A DNA stretch of 64,000 nt from Flavobacteriales bacterium (GCA_041391785.1 JAWKNI010000015.1:8398-72397), one strand, 5' to 3'. Positions 1 through 11,197 are shown, counted from the first letter of the stretch. Notes: a model not told the origin generated them from the sequence alone. Program-made: numbers and translations.

Positions 1-626
1 ATGTCGTACGGATGCTCCAGCGCTGCGTTCCGATCGGTCAACGGAACGTCGTACATGCTCACCTTCAGTGTGGGTGGCGTCTGTTGCGGGCCGCCGCAAC
101 CGGCCTGGACGACGCTGAATTCGAACGACTCACGGATCGCCTTTCCGTCGGCATCGCGCGCGGGGTTCCAGTGCGGCATCTTCTCGACAACACGCACCAG
201 TCGCGCATCCAGTGCAGCATTCCCGGAGGTGCTGGTCAATGCGACAGCGGTCGCGTGGCCATCCTCGTTGAGTGTGGATCCGACCACCGGCGGCTTCAAC
301 CATCCGATACCGGGCCGGACGTGCGGAAGGATGTTGTGCTTCAGGTAGCTCACCAGGCTGTCCCGGCCTCCTGCGAACGCCGCATGTGCGATCCCCGCTT
401 CGGTCCCTGGAACGGCATCGATCACATAGGCCTTGTCCGAGAAAAAGACCATCGGATCCAACCACGGTTCCTGCACAGCGCCGCCACCGATCAGCACCAT
501 TGGGTCGAAGAGCGGGACCACGGCTGCCTGTGAGACACATCCTTCATGACCGGTCCCCGAGGTTCCGAGGATCGCACCAGCGACCAACGCGAGGGTCGCT
601 CCACCAATGAACATTGCTACTTTCAT
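1..626 (-). CDS. TonB C-terminal-like domain protein with N-terminal signal/TM segment (runs off the left edge; absent from the ORF track)
   Basis: Hand translation from ATG at 626: MKVAMFIGGATLALVAGAILG...FAGGRDSLVSYLKHNILPH...GNAALDARLVRVVEKMPHWNPARDADGKAIRESFEF. This resembles the TonB_C pattern (GG..L..YL; LD..A.RVV..MP.W.PA...GK). Confidence 0.65.
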   Translation of the reverse strand, partial: MKVAMFIGGATLALVAGAILGTSGTGHEGCVSQAAVVPLFDPMVLIGGGAVQEPWLDPMVFFSDKAYVIDAVPGTEAGIAHAAFAGGRDSLVSYLKHNILPHVRPGIGWLKPPVVGSTLNEDGHATAVALTSTSGNAALDARLVRVVEKMPHWNPARDADGKAIRESFEFSVVQAGCGGPQQTPPTLKVSMYDVPLTDRNAALEHPYD

Positions 627-677
627 GACCTTTGGATGATGGGTTTCGCCAAAGGTGAACGGCCCGGTACGTGAAGC

Positions 678-716
678 TGTTAAACAGTGTGTAAAATAGT
701 GTAAACCGAGTGTAAT
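678..716. promoter_or_regulatory. Four phased direct repeats (TGTTAAA, GTGTAAA, GTGTAAA, GTGTAAT), probable operator of the adjacent wHTH regulator
   Basis: Repeats start at 678, 689, 699 and 710 (10-11 bp period) in the AT-rich divergent intergenic region. Confidence 0.55.
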
Positions 717-755
717 TCATTCAAAAGCAAGTGGTTGAGCTGGTAGCTTCGCAGC

Positions 756-1664
756 ATGTCCTCGTGGTACGCTCCGCTACTGATGGTGCTTTTGCTCGCC
801 GCTGCTCCGTGTTCCGCGGGTACCATTGATCCACCTTCGAAGGAGGAGCAACAGGTGGAAGTGGCCATGCGCCTGATCGGTCATGAGGTCCTGCTGGCCG
901 CTGGCGACTCATCTTCCATCGTGCGCCCTGTTGAACGCGTGGGTGATCGGTACAGGGTCCGCTTCACGAACGACTTCGGGTTCGAGCCCAGCGTGATGAC
1001 CGCGACGGTGGACAGCGTCGTGCGCACCACGAAGGTCGCAACGCGCTACCTCGTTGAATTCGTTTCCTGCGACACGAACGTGGTGGTGCACAGCTGGCAG
1101 GCCGCGCTCGTTCCGGAGAATGCGATGATGCCGTGCATGGGGCGCAGCCAACCCGTGGCCTGCTACGAACTGTGGTTCACGATCCTGGAGCGGGACATGG
1201 CGGCCTTCCAGGGTGTGGCGCGCGAAGATCGAGCAGGCATCACCGTGACCCCTCTGGCCACCGTCCGCTGGTGGTGGTTGCTGATCCCCGCATTGCTCCT
1301 CATCGGTGCTGCGGTCGTGCTCGCAAGAAAACGAAGAAGGCCATCCGAAGCCAGCAACGACCCCAACGTGGTCCGCATCGGCGGGTTCCTGTTCAACACC
1401 CGGAACATGGAATTGTCCTTCAAGAACGAGCGGGTGCGCCTCACCAGCAAGGAGGCCGATCTGCTCCAGCTGCTCTCCGCCTCTCCGAACGACACGGTGG
1501 AACGCGAAACCATCCTGGCGACCGTATGGGGCGATGAAGGGGACTATGTGGGCCGCACCCTGGATGTCTTCGTATCCAAGCTGCGCAAGAAGTTGGAGGC
1601 CGATGCCAACGTGCGCATCGTGAACATCCGCGGCGTGGGCTACCGGCTCGTGCTGGGGGAGTGA
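756..1664 (+). CDS. Membrane-anchored one-component regulator: signal peptide, extracytoplasmic domain, TM helix, C-terminal OmpR/PhoB-type winged helix
   Basis: C-terminal RLTSKEADLLQLL...RETILATVWG...RTLDVFVSKLRKKL...IVNIRGVGYRL (Trans_reg_C). TM segment WWWLLIPALLLIGAAVVLA followed by RKRRR. No receiver domain. Confidence 0.85.
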   Translation: MSSWYAPLLMVLLLAAAPCSAGTIDPPSKEEQQVEVAMRLIGHEVLLAAGDSSSIVRPVERVGDRYRVRFTNDFGFEPSVMTATVDSVVRTTKVATRYLVEFVSCDTNVVVHSWQAALVPENAMMPCMGRSQPVACYELWFTILERDMAAFQGVAREDRAGITVTPLATVRWWWLLIPALLLIGAAVVLARKRRRPSEASNDPNVVRIGGFLFNTRNMELSFKNERVRLTSKEADLLQLLSASPNDTVERETILATVWGDEGDYVGRTLDVFVSKLRKKLEADANVRIVNIRGVGYRLVLGE

Positions 1665-1862
1665 AAGCACGCGGCTCCTGATCACGACCTCCTGGGGATC
1701 GCGTTGCACGGCTTTTCCAGGCACCACGGCCACGAAAGGTCGAGCAGGGATAGGGGTCTGTCCGTTGAGCTGTCGCGATCGGGCCGCGATCGAACACTAA
1801 CGAACGTTCTATTGCAGCGCGACGGTGGATGGACGCTCTTTGTATGCATAACACCACCCGCC

Positions 1863-3035
1863 ATGGACCACACGCTGCTGTCGCGCATTCGATCCATTGT
1901 TCTTCTTGTTCCCGCTGCCTTCGCTTTTGTACCGCTGCATGGACAAACGTTGACCTCCGAGTTCGTGAACGCAGGCTACTCCCTCTCGGACCTTGGGAGC
2001 ATCACCGACCTGCCAACACCTTACGGAGGGCTCACCATTCGTGCCGATGAACCGAACACCCTGTACATCGGGGGGAGCGCCAACGCCGCCAGCGGTGCCA
2101 TTTATGCGGTCCCGTTGATACGCGACGGTGCCACGGACCAGATCACCGGATTCGCCGGACCGGCGGTACTCCACTCCACCGGGCCGAACAACGACGGCGG
2201 CCTCACGTTCACGCCCAGCGGCACGCTGCTCTTCACGCAATACACACCGTTCTCACTGAATTCCATGGGGCAGATCCTGCCGGACGACACCTACGTGACC
2301 ACCGAGTTCACATCGCTGGGGGTCTCCCCATCGATCGGCAGCCACGCCTTCGTGCCCGATGGCTACCCGGGAGCAGGCGGGCTGATCGTGGCCTCGTACA
2401 ACGCGTCGATCGCCTACCGGATCCCCTTCTCAGTGGATGGTGCCGGCCTGCACACCTTCAGTGCACCCACCGCTTCCATCAATGTGAACGGCACCGCGAC
2501 CGGACCGGAGGGCATCGCCTACGTTCCACTCGGTTCGATCGCCTTTCCCGTGCCGTCCATGGTCGTGTCGGCATACGGCATGAACAAAGTGGTCGTGTTC
2601 GAGGTGGGACCCGATGGCCTTCCCAACACCGCCACGGTCCGTGACATGGTGGTGGACCTTGTTGGTGCGGAAGGCGCCTGGATCGATCCGCTCACCGGCG
2701 ACTTCCTCTTCTCCACCTTCGGCGGCAGCAACCGCGTGATCCGGGTGACCGGTTTCGAACTGCCCACCGCAGTGAAGCCCATGGGTCCGGAGGAGGTCGA
2801 CCTGTTCCAGGTATTCCCGAATCCGTCCAGCGGCAAGGTTCAGATCTCCGTTGCGCGGTCGGGCGGTGTGCTCCAACTCGAGGTCATCGATCCACAAGGC
2901 GCCACGATCCAGCGCGAAATGTTCGCCGGCAGCAGCATTCACCACCTCGACCTGAGCGACCGAGCATCTGGCCTGTACCACGTGCGTGTGCACTGCGATG
3001 GCGTGCAGCAGGTGCAGCGGGTGATGCTGGAATGA
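1863..3035 (+). CDS. Secreted protein with T9SS type A C-terminal sorting domain (beta-rich, function unknown)
   Basis: Signal peptide ending VPLHG-Q. C-terminal FQVFPNPSSGKVQI...DLSDRASGLYHVRV. Start set at ATG 1863. Confidence 0.8.
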   Translation: MDHTLLSRIRSIVLLVPAAFAFVPLHGQTLTSEFVNAGYSLSDLGSITDLPTPYGGLTIRADEPNTLYIGGSANAASGAIYAVPLIRDGATDQITGFAGPAVLHSTGPNNDGGLTFTPSGTLLFTQYTPFSLNSMGQILPDDTYVTTEFTSLGVSPSIGSHAFVPDGYPGAGGLIVASYNASIAYRIPFSVDGAGLHTFSAPTASINVNGTATGPEGIAYVPLGSIAFPVPSMVVSAYGMNKVVVFEVGPDGLPNTATVRDMVVDLVGAEGAWIDPLTGDFLFSTFGGSNRVIRVTGFELPTAVKPMGPEEVDLFQVFPNPSSGKVQISVARSGGVLQLEVIDPQGATIQREMFAGSSIHHLDLSDRASGLYHVRVHCDGVQQVQRVMLE

Positions 3036-3126
3036 CCGCGTGTTGCGTGACCGCTGACCCGGGCTGGTCCGCTCATGAACAGAACAGGGCAGGAGATCGG
3101 AAAACACCCTGCGGTGGTTCAGGCGG

Positions 3127-3680
3127 CGCGCCCGGCCTCCGGAGTGACGATCGCAGCGTTGGGTCGCAGGGTCGCCTTCTCAAGAGCAGCGCACAGAGGG
3201 CGGAGATTGGGAGGACACCCGTGACGCACGTCACTCCGGGCAAGCGAGGCTTTGCGAGCACGACCCGGAGTCTCACAAATGACAACGCCTGAATGCGCAT
3301 TTGTGAGACTCCGGATGACCGGGACCTACGCGCTGCGCGCGCCCGGCCTCCGGAGTGACGATCGCGGCTGCGGGCCGCAAGGTCGCCCGCTCGTTCCCGG
3401 CTCGAAGGCCGGGACAGCGGACAGAGGGCGGCGGTTGGGGCTCGACTCCGTGCCTCACGAGGCACGTCACTCCGGGCAAGCGAGGCTTTGCGAGCGCGAC
3501 CCGGAGTCTCACAAATGACAACGCCTGAATGCGCATTTGTGAGACTCCGGATAGCCGGGACCTACGCGCTCCGCGCGCCCGGCCTCCGGAGTGACGATCA
3601 CGGCTCGCGGCCGCACGGTCGTCGTCGATCCCGGCTCGAAGGCCGGGAGCTGTGGGACAGAGGGTGGAGGTTGGTTGACA
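3127..3680. repeat. Tandem array of CGTC-tagged REP-doublet-like nested palindromes (2 full 132-bp units plus 1 partial)
   Basis: Units at 3229-3360 and 3465-3596 are nearly identical and bounded by CGTCACTCCGG/CCGGAGTGACG. Each has a perfect 17-bp internal stem (3265-3314 in unit 1). A partial right end lies at 3127-3149. CCCGGCTCGAAGGCCGGGA follows both full units. Confidence 0.9.
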
Positions 3681-3715
3681 CCCGGCGGCGGTCCAAACCC
3701 CGAAATGATCCAGCG

Positions 3716-4201
3716 CTACCGCCACAAACTATCCAGCACCCACGCGCTTTTCCCATCATCAAAGGAGAAAGGAGATGCCGGTCATCACGCCCATCCGGCC
3801 AATGACGCATGCCTTGGCCGAAGTTGACCACGAAGAACTCCGCCTTTCCTGGGGTGAGCGTGCCGAAGATGTTGAGGTAGCGGAAGTGCTCGCCTCCGGT
3901 TTGAGCACCCGCCTCCGACAGGCGGATACGATGCTAAACGGATGCATGCTCCATGTTGGCCGGCAGCTCGATGTGCGGGAACTCATCATGCCTGCCGATG
4001 TACACTGTGTCCGGGAGCCATCCGTCGCGTGCGCGCAATGCGTTGGATGTACGCGACCACCGCGGCGCCGTATACCGCAGCCGTATCAACAGACCGTTCC
4101 GCTGAGGAACTCGGTGCAGGTACTTGTTGCGAAGCGTCATCGTGCCGTGGGCCGCACGCCGCCAACAGCAGAACGAGCAACCAAGGCCGGACGGTTCTCA
4201 T
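3716..4201 (-). CDS. Putative lipoprotein, broken by several indels
   Basis: Lipobox WLLVLLLAAC. Frames join to ...DGWLPDTVYIGRHDEFPHIELPAN...GGEHFRYLNIFGTLTPGKAEFFVVNFGQGMRHWPDGRDD...FDDGKSAWVLDSLWR*. Confidence 0.55.
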
Positions 4202-4213
4202 GACAGGACAAAC

Positions 4214-5046
4214 TCACAGATTGCAGGGCTGCAGGGTCGCCGAAACGGCAGACCGCTGCGGTGGTTTGCGGGGAAGCCCTGCGGTGGACTTACGATCCGC
4301 ACGTGCCGCATCATCGCCCCAACACCAACCGATAGCCGAGGTCGAGCGCGTCCGTTCCGAGCAACATGCCGTATCGCTCTTTCCACGCCGCCGCTGCGCA
4401 AATCGGCAGCCAAGCGTTCCAAGGTGGCGGACAGATCGCCGACCTTCCAGAAGGACGAGATCGCCGAGCGCACCTGCGATCGAGATAGGCTTCGGGTCGC
4501 CGCCAGTAGGCACACAGGAAGCCATCGGTGCAGTCGTGGCGGAACGGGGACCGGCGCTAATGTGACCGGTCCAAGCCATTGCTGGTACAGGTTCATGGGC
4601 GGCATCTGGGCCTCGTCCAAGGCGATCAACTCCGGGATATAGTCGTATTAACCAGAAACCGCGGAACGCCGATCAGGTGAGCACCACCGGGCCACGCGTC
4701 ACGCGGCGCAACTCGCGCAGACCCTTGCCCTTGTCCGACCAATGGTGTACGGTGAGCACGGCCATGGACGCATCGAACGTGCCATCCGCGAAGGGCAGCT
4801 CCTCAGCGCTGGCTCGATCACCGGCGCAGTACCCGCGCGGCGTTGCTCGGATCATCTCCAGGGAAGGCTCCACCGCCGTAACGTCCCTGTCCGCTGGCTC
4901 ATACGAGCCCGCACCGGCACCTACATTGAGCACCGCGCGCGAAGTGGTCCCAGCGCGGCATGCATCATGGCCGCGATCCGCGGGTCCGGCTTGCGCAGTT
5001 CGGCGTAGCTGATGCCGATGGTGTCGTGATCAAGCTCATCGCGCAT
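4214..5046 (-). CDS. Class I SAM-dependent methyltransferase, frameshifted (3' end uncertain, ~4214-4310)
   Basis: Joined frames give DTIGISYAELRKPDPRIAA...VLNVGAGAGSYEP...VEPSLEMI...ASAEELPFADGTFDASMAVLTVHHW...YIPELIALDEAQMP...VRSAISSFW...DLGYRLV. Confidence 0.8.
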
Positions 5047-5327
5047 CGAAGCTGACTTTCCAAGGTGTCCAGGTGTCGCGGATGGAATCGCCGGAGGCTT
5101 GGGAGACACCCTTCGGTGGTCTAAGTGCAGCGGACCGACCCGCGGGGTTGGGAGGACAATTCTGCCGTGGTCGAAAACATAGCCAACCACGGCGGGCCAG
5201 TCACAGGCTGTCGAACACCGTTCAGGCAGGACCCCAACAAGGGGAGCTTGGAAAGTCACAGGTGGCCCGCCGCCCGCTTTCCCAAGCCCGCCCGCGCGGA
5301 ACACTTGCGACAATGAGGGGGCAGTCA

Positions 5328-7154
5328 TCAACGCCTAGGACTAGATAACCTAGGCTTGTACGGCTCTAACCTAAGACGCTGACCACGCACGTACAACTCT
5401 CGTTCACCGTGTAACAGAGATGCTGCAGAGTGGATATTCACAAACGTGACAAAGGCAAACCGTGTCACGAAATGTGGCTGAGCCTTGGGTAAATCAATTT
5501 TCGCGACCTCGCCAAATTCCTCAATCTGAGCTCGCAACTCCTCTTGGGTTATGTCATGGGGCAACCCAAAACCACAACTTTAGATGGGTCAAGTTCCGCG
5601 GCCTCCAACGCCTGCGTTCCTTGATTGGGAACTTGAATTCGAAATCGTGGAATTTGACCCTTTGGTTTTCCAGATTTTTTAGCCAATTGGGTCGCCTGAG
5701 GATTGGTATATTTCAAGAAGAATGCCACTGTTCCTCAGGCTAGTAACCTCACGATCATAGGTATCTCGGTCTTCCGTGTTGATTGTGCTGATAAATATCC
5801 TGAGGGCAAGCGCACGATCATGCATTCCTGCAATAATGATTCTTTGCTGTACCTTTGGTAAGCGTGTGTGAACTAAAGACATCCAGCCAAGCCAGTTGTT
5901 GAGGAGAAAATACCGACCGTTGATAGAGGGTCACTGTAAACGAAGTCGAATCTGTTTCCAAATCCGGCTTTTGCAAGTCGCTTTCTTGCATCAACTGAAA
6001 TATCCTTTTCATCCCCTCCCCTTAACTCGCGCATGTACCTCGCTTCCCGCAATGTTCTCGCCACTAGGGCATTTCTCGATTCATGCGCACCTTCCAAACG
6101 TTTAAGGAGATCAATGGTTAGCGTAGTCAGCAACGCACCAGGGCTCTTAATCTCCATCCTATCATCAAAGATAAAACAGTCAATGCCAACGTGAGTACTG
6201 TAATCCCTGTGTGCAATAGCATTTACCAAAGTCTCGCGGCATGCCCACTCTGGGAAAAGGTACCTATGCTCAAACCTAGTATCCACTCCGAGATCTGTGC
6301 GGTAGGCCAGCGATGGCCTCAGGGCCTCCCCATGACCGCGTGAGCAATTCAACGACGTTCCTTGAATCAGTTCATCTGAAACAACGTTATAATCAAGGCC
6401 AGCCTTTTAGGTGTTTCCACGAACACGCAGGATTCTTACTTGGCTCCGAGGATGCCATCGATGTATTGCTTTGCCAAATACCAAAACCGCAGCACGACGC
6501 AAGCGCAGTCCCCCGGCGCCATACTCTGCTAGTCCAATTTGCTGGAGGTACTTCTCGGGGGTAATGCCAAAGGTGATATCGACGCTCAGCTCCTCACCAG
6601 AGTCAGGTCAAGATCAGAAACTGAAGCGTCATCGATGAATTCTGAGTCATAGGCGCGACCTGCTCTCCTGCCGCTCAAACACAATTGAACCAACGCTTTC
6701 GGGCACCGTTTGCAAATCGGAACGACGAACGCACCTCCCATCCGGCAACTGGAAAATCTGAGTCGTCCCCTTGCCCACGGAAAAATAGAGCACCGTGTAC
6801 CCATCGACTACTAATCGATTGACATGCAGCAAGGTAGTTGAGACTCCGCATACACGTGAGTACTCACGGCTTTCAACATTACTTCAATATCATCATCGCC
6901 ATGTGGGATGCCGGTAACCGTCCCATCATCTTCCACCCCGATCACTAAAGCCACCGCCATCTGCATTAGGCGAACGCAACGAGAGCCTCACCAATATCCC
7001 GACAAATGGCTGTGACTCTTCGTGGGGTTTTACCTTCAGGCCTGCCTCCTCTAGTGCGCTCTTAAATTCCTGAAAATGGCTCTCTCGCCAAGCGCAATTG
7101 TATCCTGACTCTTTCAGTGAGCACAAGAACATCATCGACATCGTTGGACTTCAT
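5328..7154 (-). CDS. Schlafen/AlbA_2 domain + HATPase_c_4 (RecG-C-like) + wHTH-like region + C-terminal RRM; about ten or more indels
   Basis: Reconstructed from ATG 7154: ESHFQEFKSA...DIGEALVAFANADGG..VIGVEDDGTVTG (AlbA_2); FPEWACRETLVNAIAHRDYS...IFDDRMEIKSPG...SRNALVARTLR...YMRELGEGMKRIF (HATPase_c_4); KVVVLGLPHDITQEELRAQIEEFGEVAKIDL...RFAFVTF (RRM RNP2/RNP1). Confidence 0.75.
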
Positions 7155-7339
7155 GTCAGCCTCTGATTTCTAATTGACGCCAAAGTAGTCAAAGCCGCTT
7201 TGCTCCGAGTACAAGAACGTCTCGGGTCAGTTCATCCAGGTCACCACGCAGAGATATTCAGCCTATGGAACAGCCAGCGAAAATAAACTGGCTACGACGT
7301 CACCGGTCGCTTTACCGCTGAATCGGTGCCCAAGAAATC

Positions 7340-7472
7340 CTACCCGTGAGGTACATGCCCGCTTCCCCGTAGACCTTGCCGCTGCCACGGCCGCGAGCCG
7401 GGCCTCGCAGTGACAGAAATCTGGATCCTTCAGGTCCTTGATAGTAGACCGCTCGCCGGTGCTCTTCATTTC
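7340..7472 (-). repeat. Diverged non-coding copy of the carB 3' end with a 34-bp hairpin insertion
   Basis: Minus strand reads EMKSTGE-(A)VY-IKDLKDPDF [TGTCACTGCGAGGCCCGGCTCGCGGCCGTGGCAG, 7382-7415] xKVYGEAGMYLT..TAG, compared with carB EMKSTGEAIYFIKDLKDPFFRQV-GE-SMYLSR*. Confidence 0.85.
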
Positions 7473-7481
7473 GTGTTTGCG

Positions 7482-8087
7482 TCAACACTGCAGAACTAAG
7501 GACCCTCTGTTCGCTTCATACGTATTGCTGTTGCTTGGATAATCCAGTATCGAACTACCCTCCAGAACTCTCTGCAAGAAGCCCACTAACGTGACAACAG
7601 AAACTGCTCGGAACGCATGAAGATTTGTAGGAGTGGCGGAACGAGGGGATTCTGAGCGCCTTGACAACACCAATGGCCATATTCAGCATACCCTCCTGTT
7701 CATTCCTCCCGTTCTCAGTGGCAACATCACCAAACGATACTTCAGTGGAGCTCGAACGAGGTTCTTCGTCTTAGCGTCGTATTCGAATGAGAACGACCTT
7801 GACACAAGGTCGGGACAATTTACGCGACATCCAGGCCTGTCTTCTTTCTCAAAACAGCCTCAAAATCAATCAAGGCACTTCGCTGATTCGGTGAACTCGA
7901 CCTTGAGCAACAGTCTGAAGCGCCAGGTAGCTTCCGGTCAATATGCAACCGTCAGTAGATAGTCTCCGATAGTGCTGAGCCATTGCTCAACTGGCTTACC
8001 GCAATAAGCACAGAAGTTGAGTTCAGGGTTTGTCCGATCGAGCTTATGGCAATGCCAGCAAGGCGATGACGAAGCAGGTGTGGACAT
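7482..8087 (-). CDS. Small AT-richer cargo ORF with N-terminal Zn-ribbon (CxxC-x12-CxxC), frameshifted; extent uncertain
   Basis: ATG 8087 gives MSTPASSSPCWHCHKLDRTNPELNFCAYCGKPVEQW..., open to 7938. Further open stretches in other frames continue to ~7482. Confidence 0.4.
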
Positions 8088-8091
8088 GCCC

Positions 8092-8188
8092 TTACCTGCT
8101 CAAGTAAATTCCGGGCTCTCCCCACACACCTGCCTCTGCCACGCCTGCTTCAAGAGCAAGCAGGCTCGCAGTGACAGAACGGATCCTG
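8092..8188 (-). repeat. Second diverged copy of the carB 3' end with a 41-bp hairpin insertion
   Basis: Minus strand CAGGATCCGTTC (DPF) [TGTCACTGCGAGCCTGCTTGCTCTTGAAGCAGGCGTGGCAG, 8136-8176] AGGCAGGTGTGTGGGGAGAGC..GGAATTTACTTGAGCAGGTAA reads RQVCGES-GIYLSR*. Confidence 0.75.
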
Positions 8189-8194
8189 GCTTCA

Positions 8195-10998
<2,804 letters not shown>

Positions 10999-11019
10999 GT
11001 CCGGTGGTTGACCGGGACG

Positions 11020-11027
11020 CAAAGCTA
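11020..11027 (-). promoter_or_regulatory. Bacteroidota -7 box (TAGCTTTG) for carB
   Basis: Matches TAnnTTTG about 20 nt upstream of the ATG. Confidence 0.65.
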
Positions 11028-11111
11028 ACCGGGAGCCCATGCCGATGCGGGGATCGTGGATAAGGAGGCGTGATCGTGGATAATGCGGGTCCAACTCAGA
11101 AGCATGGGGAA

Positions 11112-11190
11112 CACAGAGGCGCCGGACCCTCCATCTTCGGACTTTGTTCATTCTTTGCATTCCTTGTGAACTCCGTGCCTCTGTGGTGAA
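11112..11190. repeat. Short inverted repeat of the CACAGAGGC / GCCTCTGTG type
   Basis: CACAGAGGC (11112-11120) pairs exactly with GCCTCTGTG (11177-11185), within CTCCGTGCCTCTGTGGTGAA. Confidence 0.45.
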
Positions 11191-11197
11191 TTCCCCC

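Noticed and set aside
1-533. Plus-strand ORFs 1-348 and 12-533
   Set aside because: Antisense shadows of the TonB-like gene starting at 626 on the minus strand.
1775-1810. Short repeats CGCGATCG x2 and CGAAC x2 upstream of the T9SS gene
   Set aside because: Too short and GC-rich to distinguish from chance; they do not match the GTGTAAA motif.
3127-3680. CRISPR array
   Set aside because: Units are 132 bp with long internal palindromes and related spacers, not 23-50-bp repeats with unique spacers; no cas genes.
3775-4203. Plus-strand ORF with an apparent AGGAG RBS
   Set aside because: Antisense to the lipoprotein; no motifs; Bacteroidota seldom rely on SD sequences.
7263-7469. ORF MKSTGERSTIKDLKDP... 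as a real gene
   Set aside because: It is the frameshifted carB-tail copy read through the hairpin insert.
3716-8194. Classical integron cassette array
   Set aside because: No RYYYAAC...GTTRRRY attC boundaries after the stop codons and no intI in the window.
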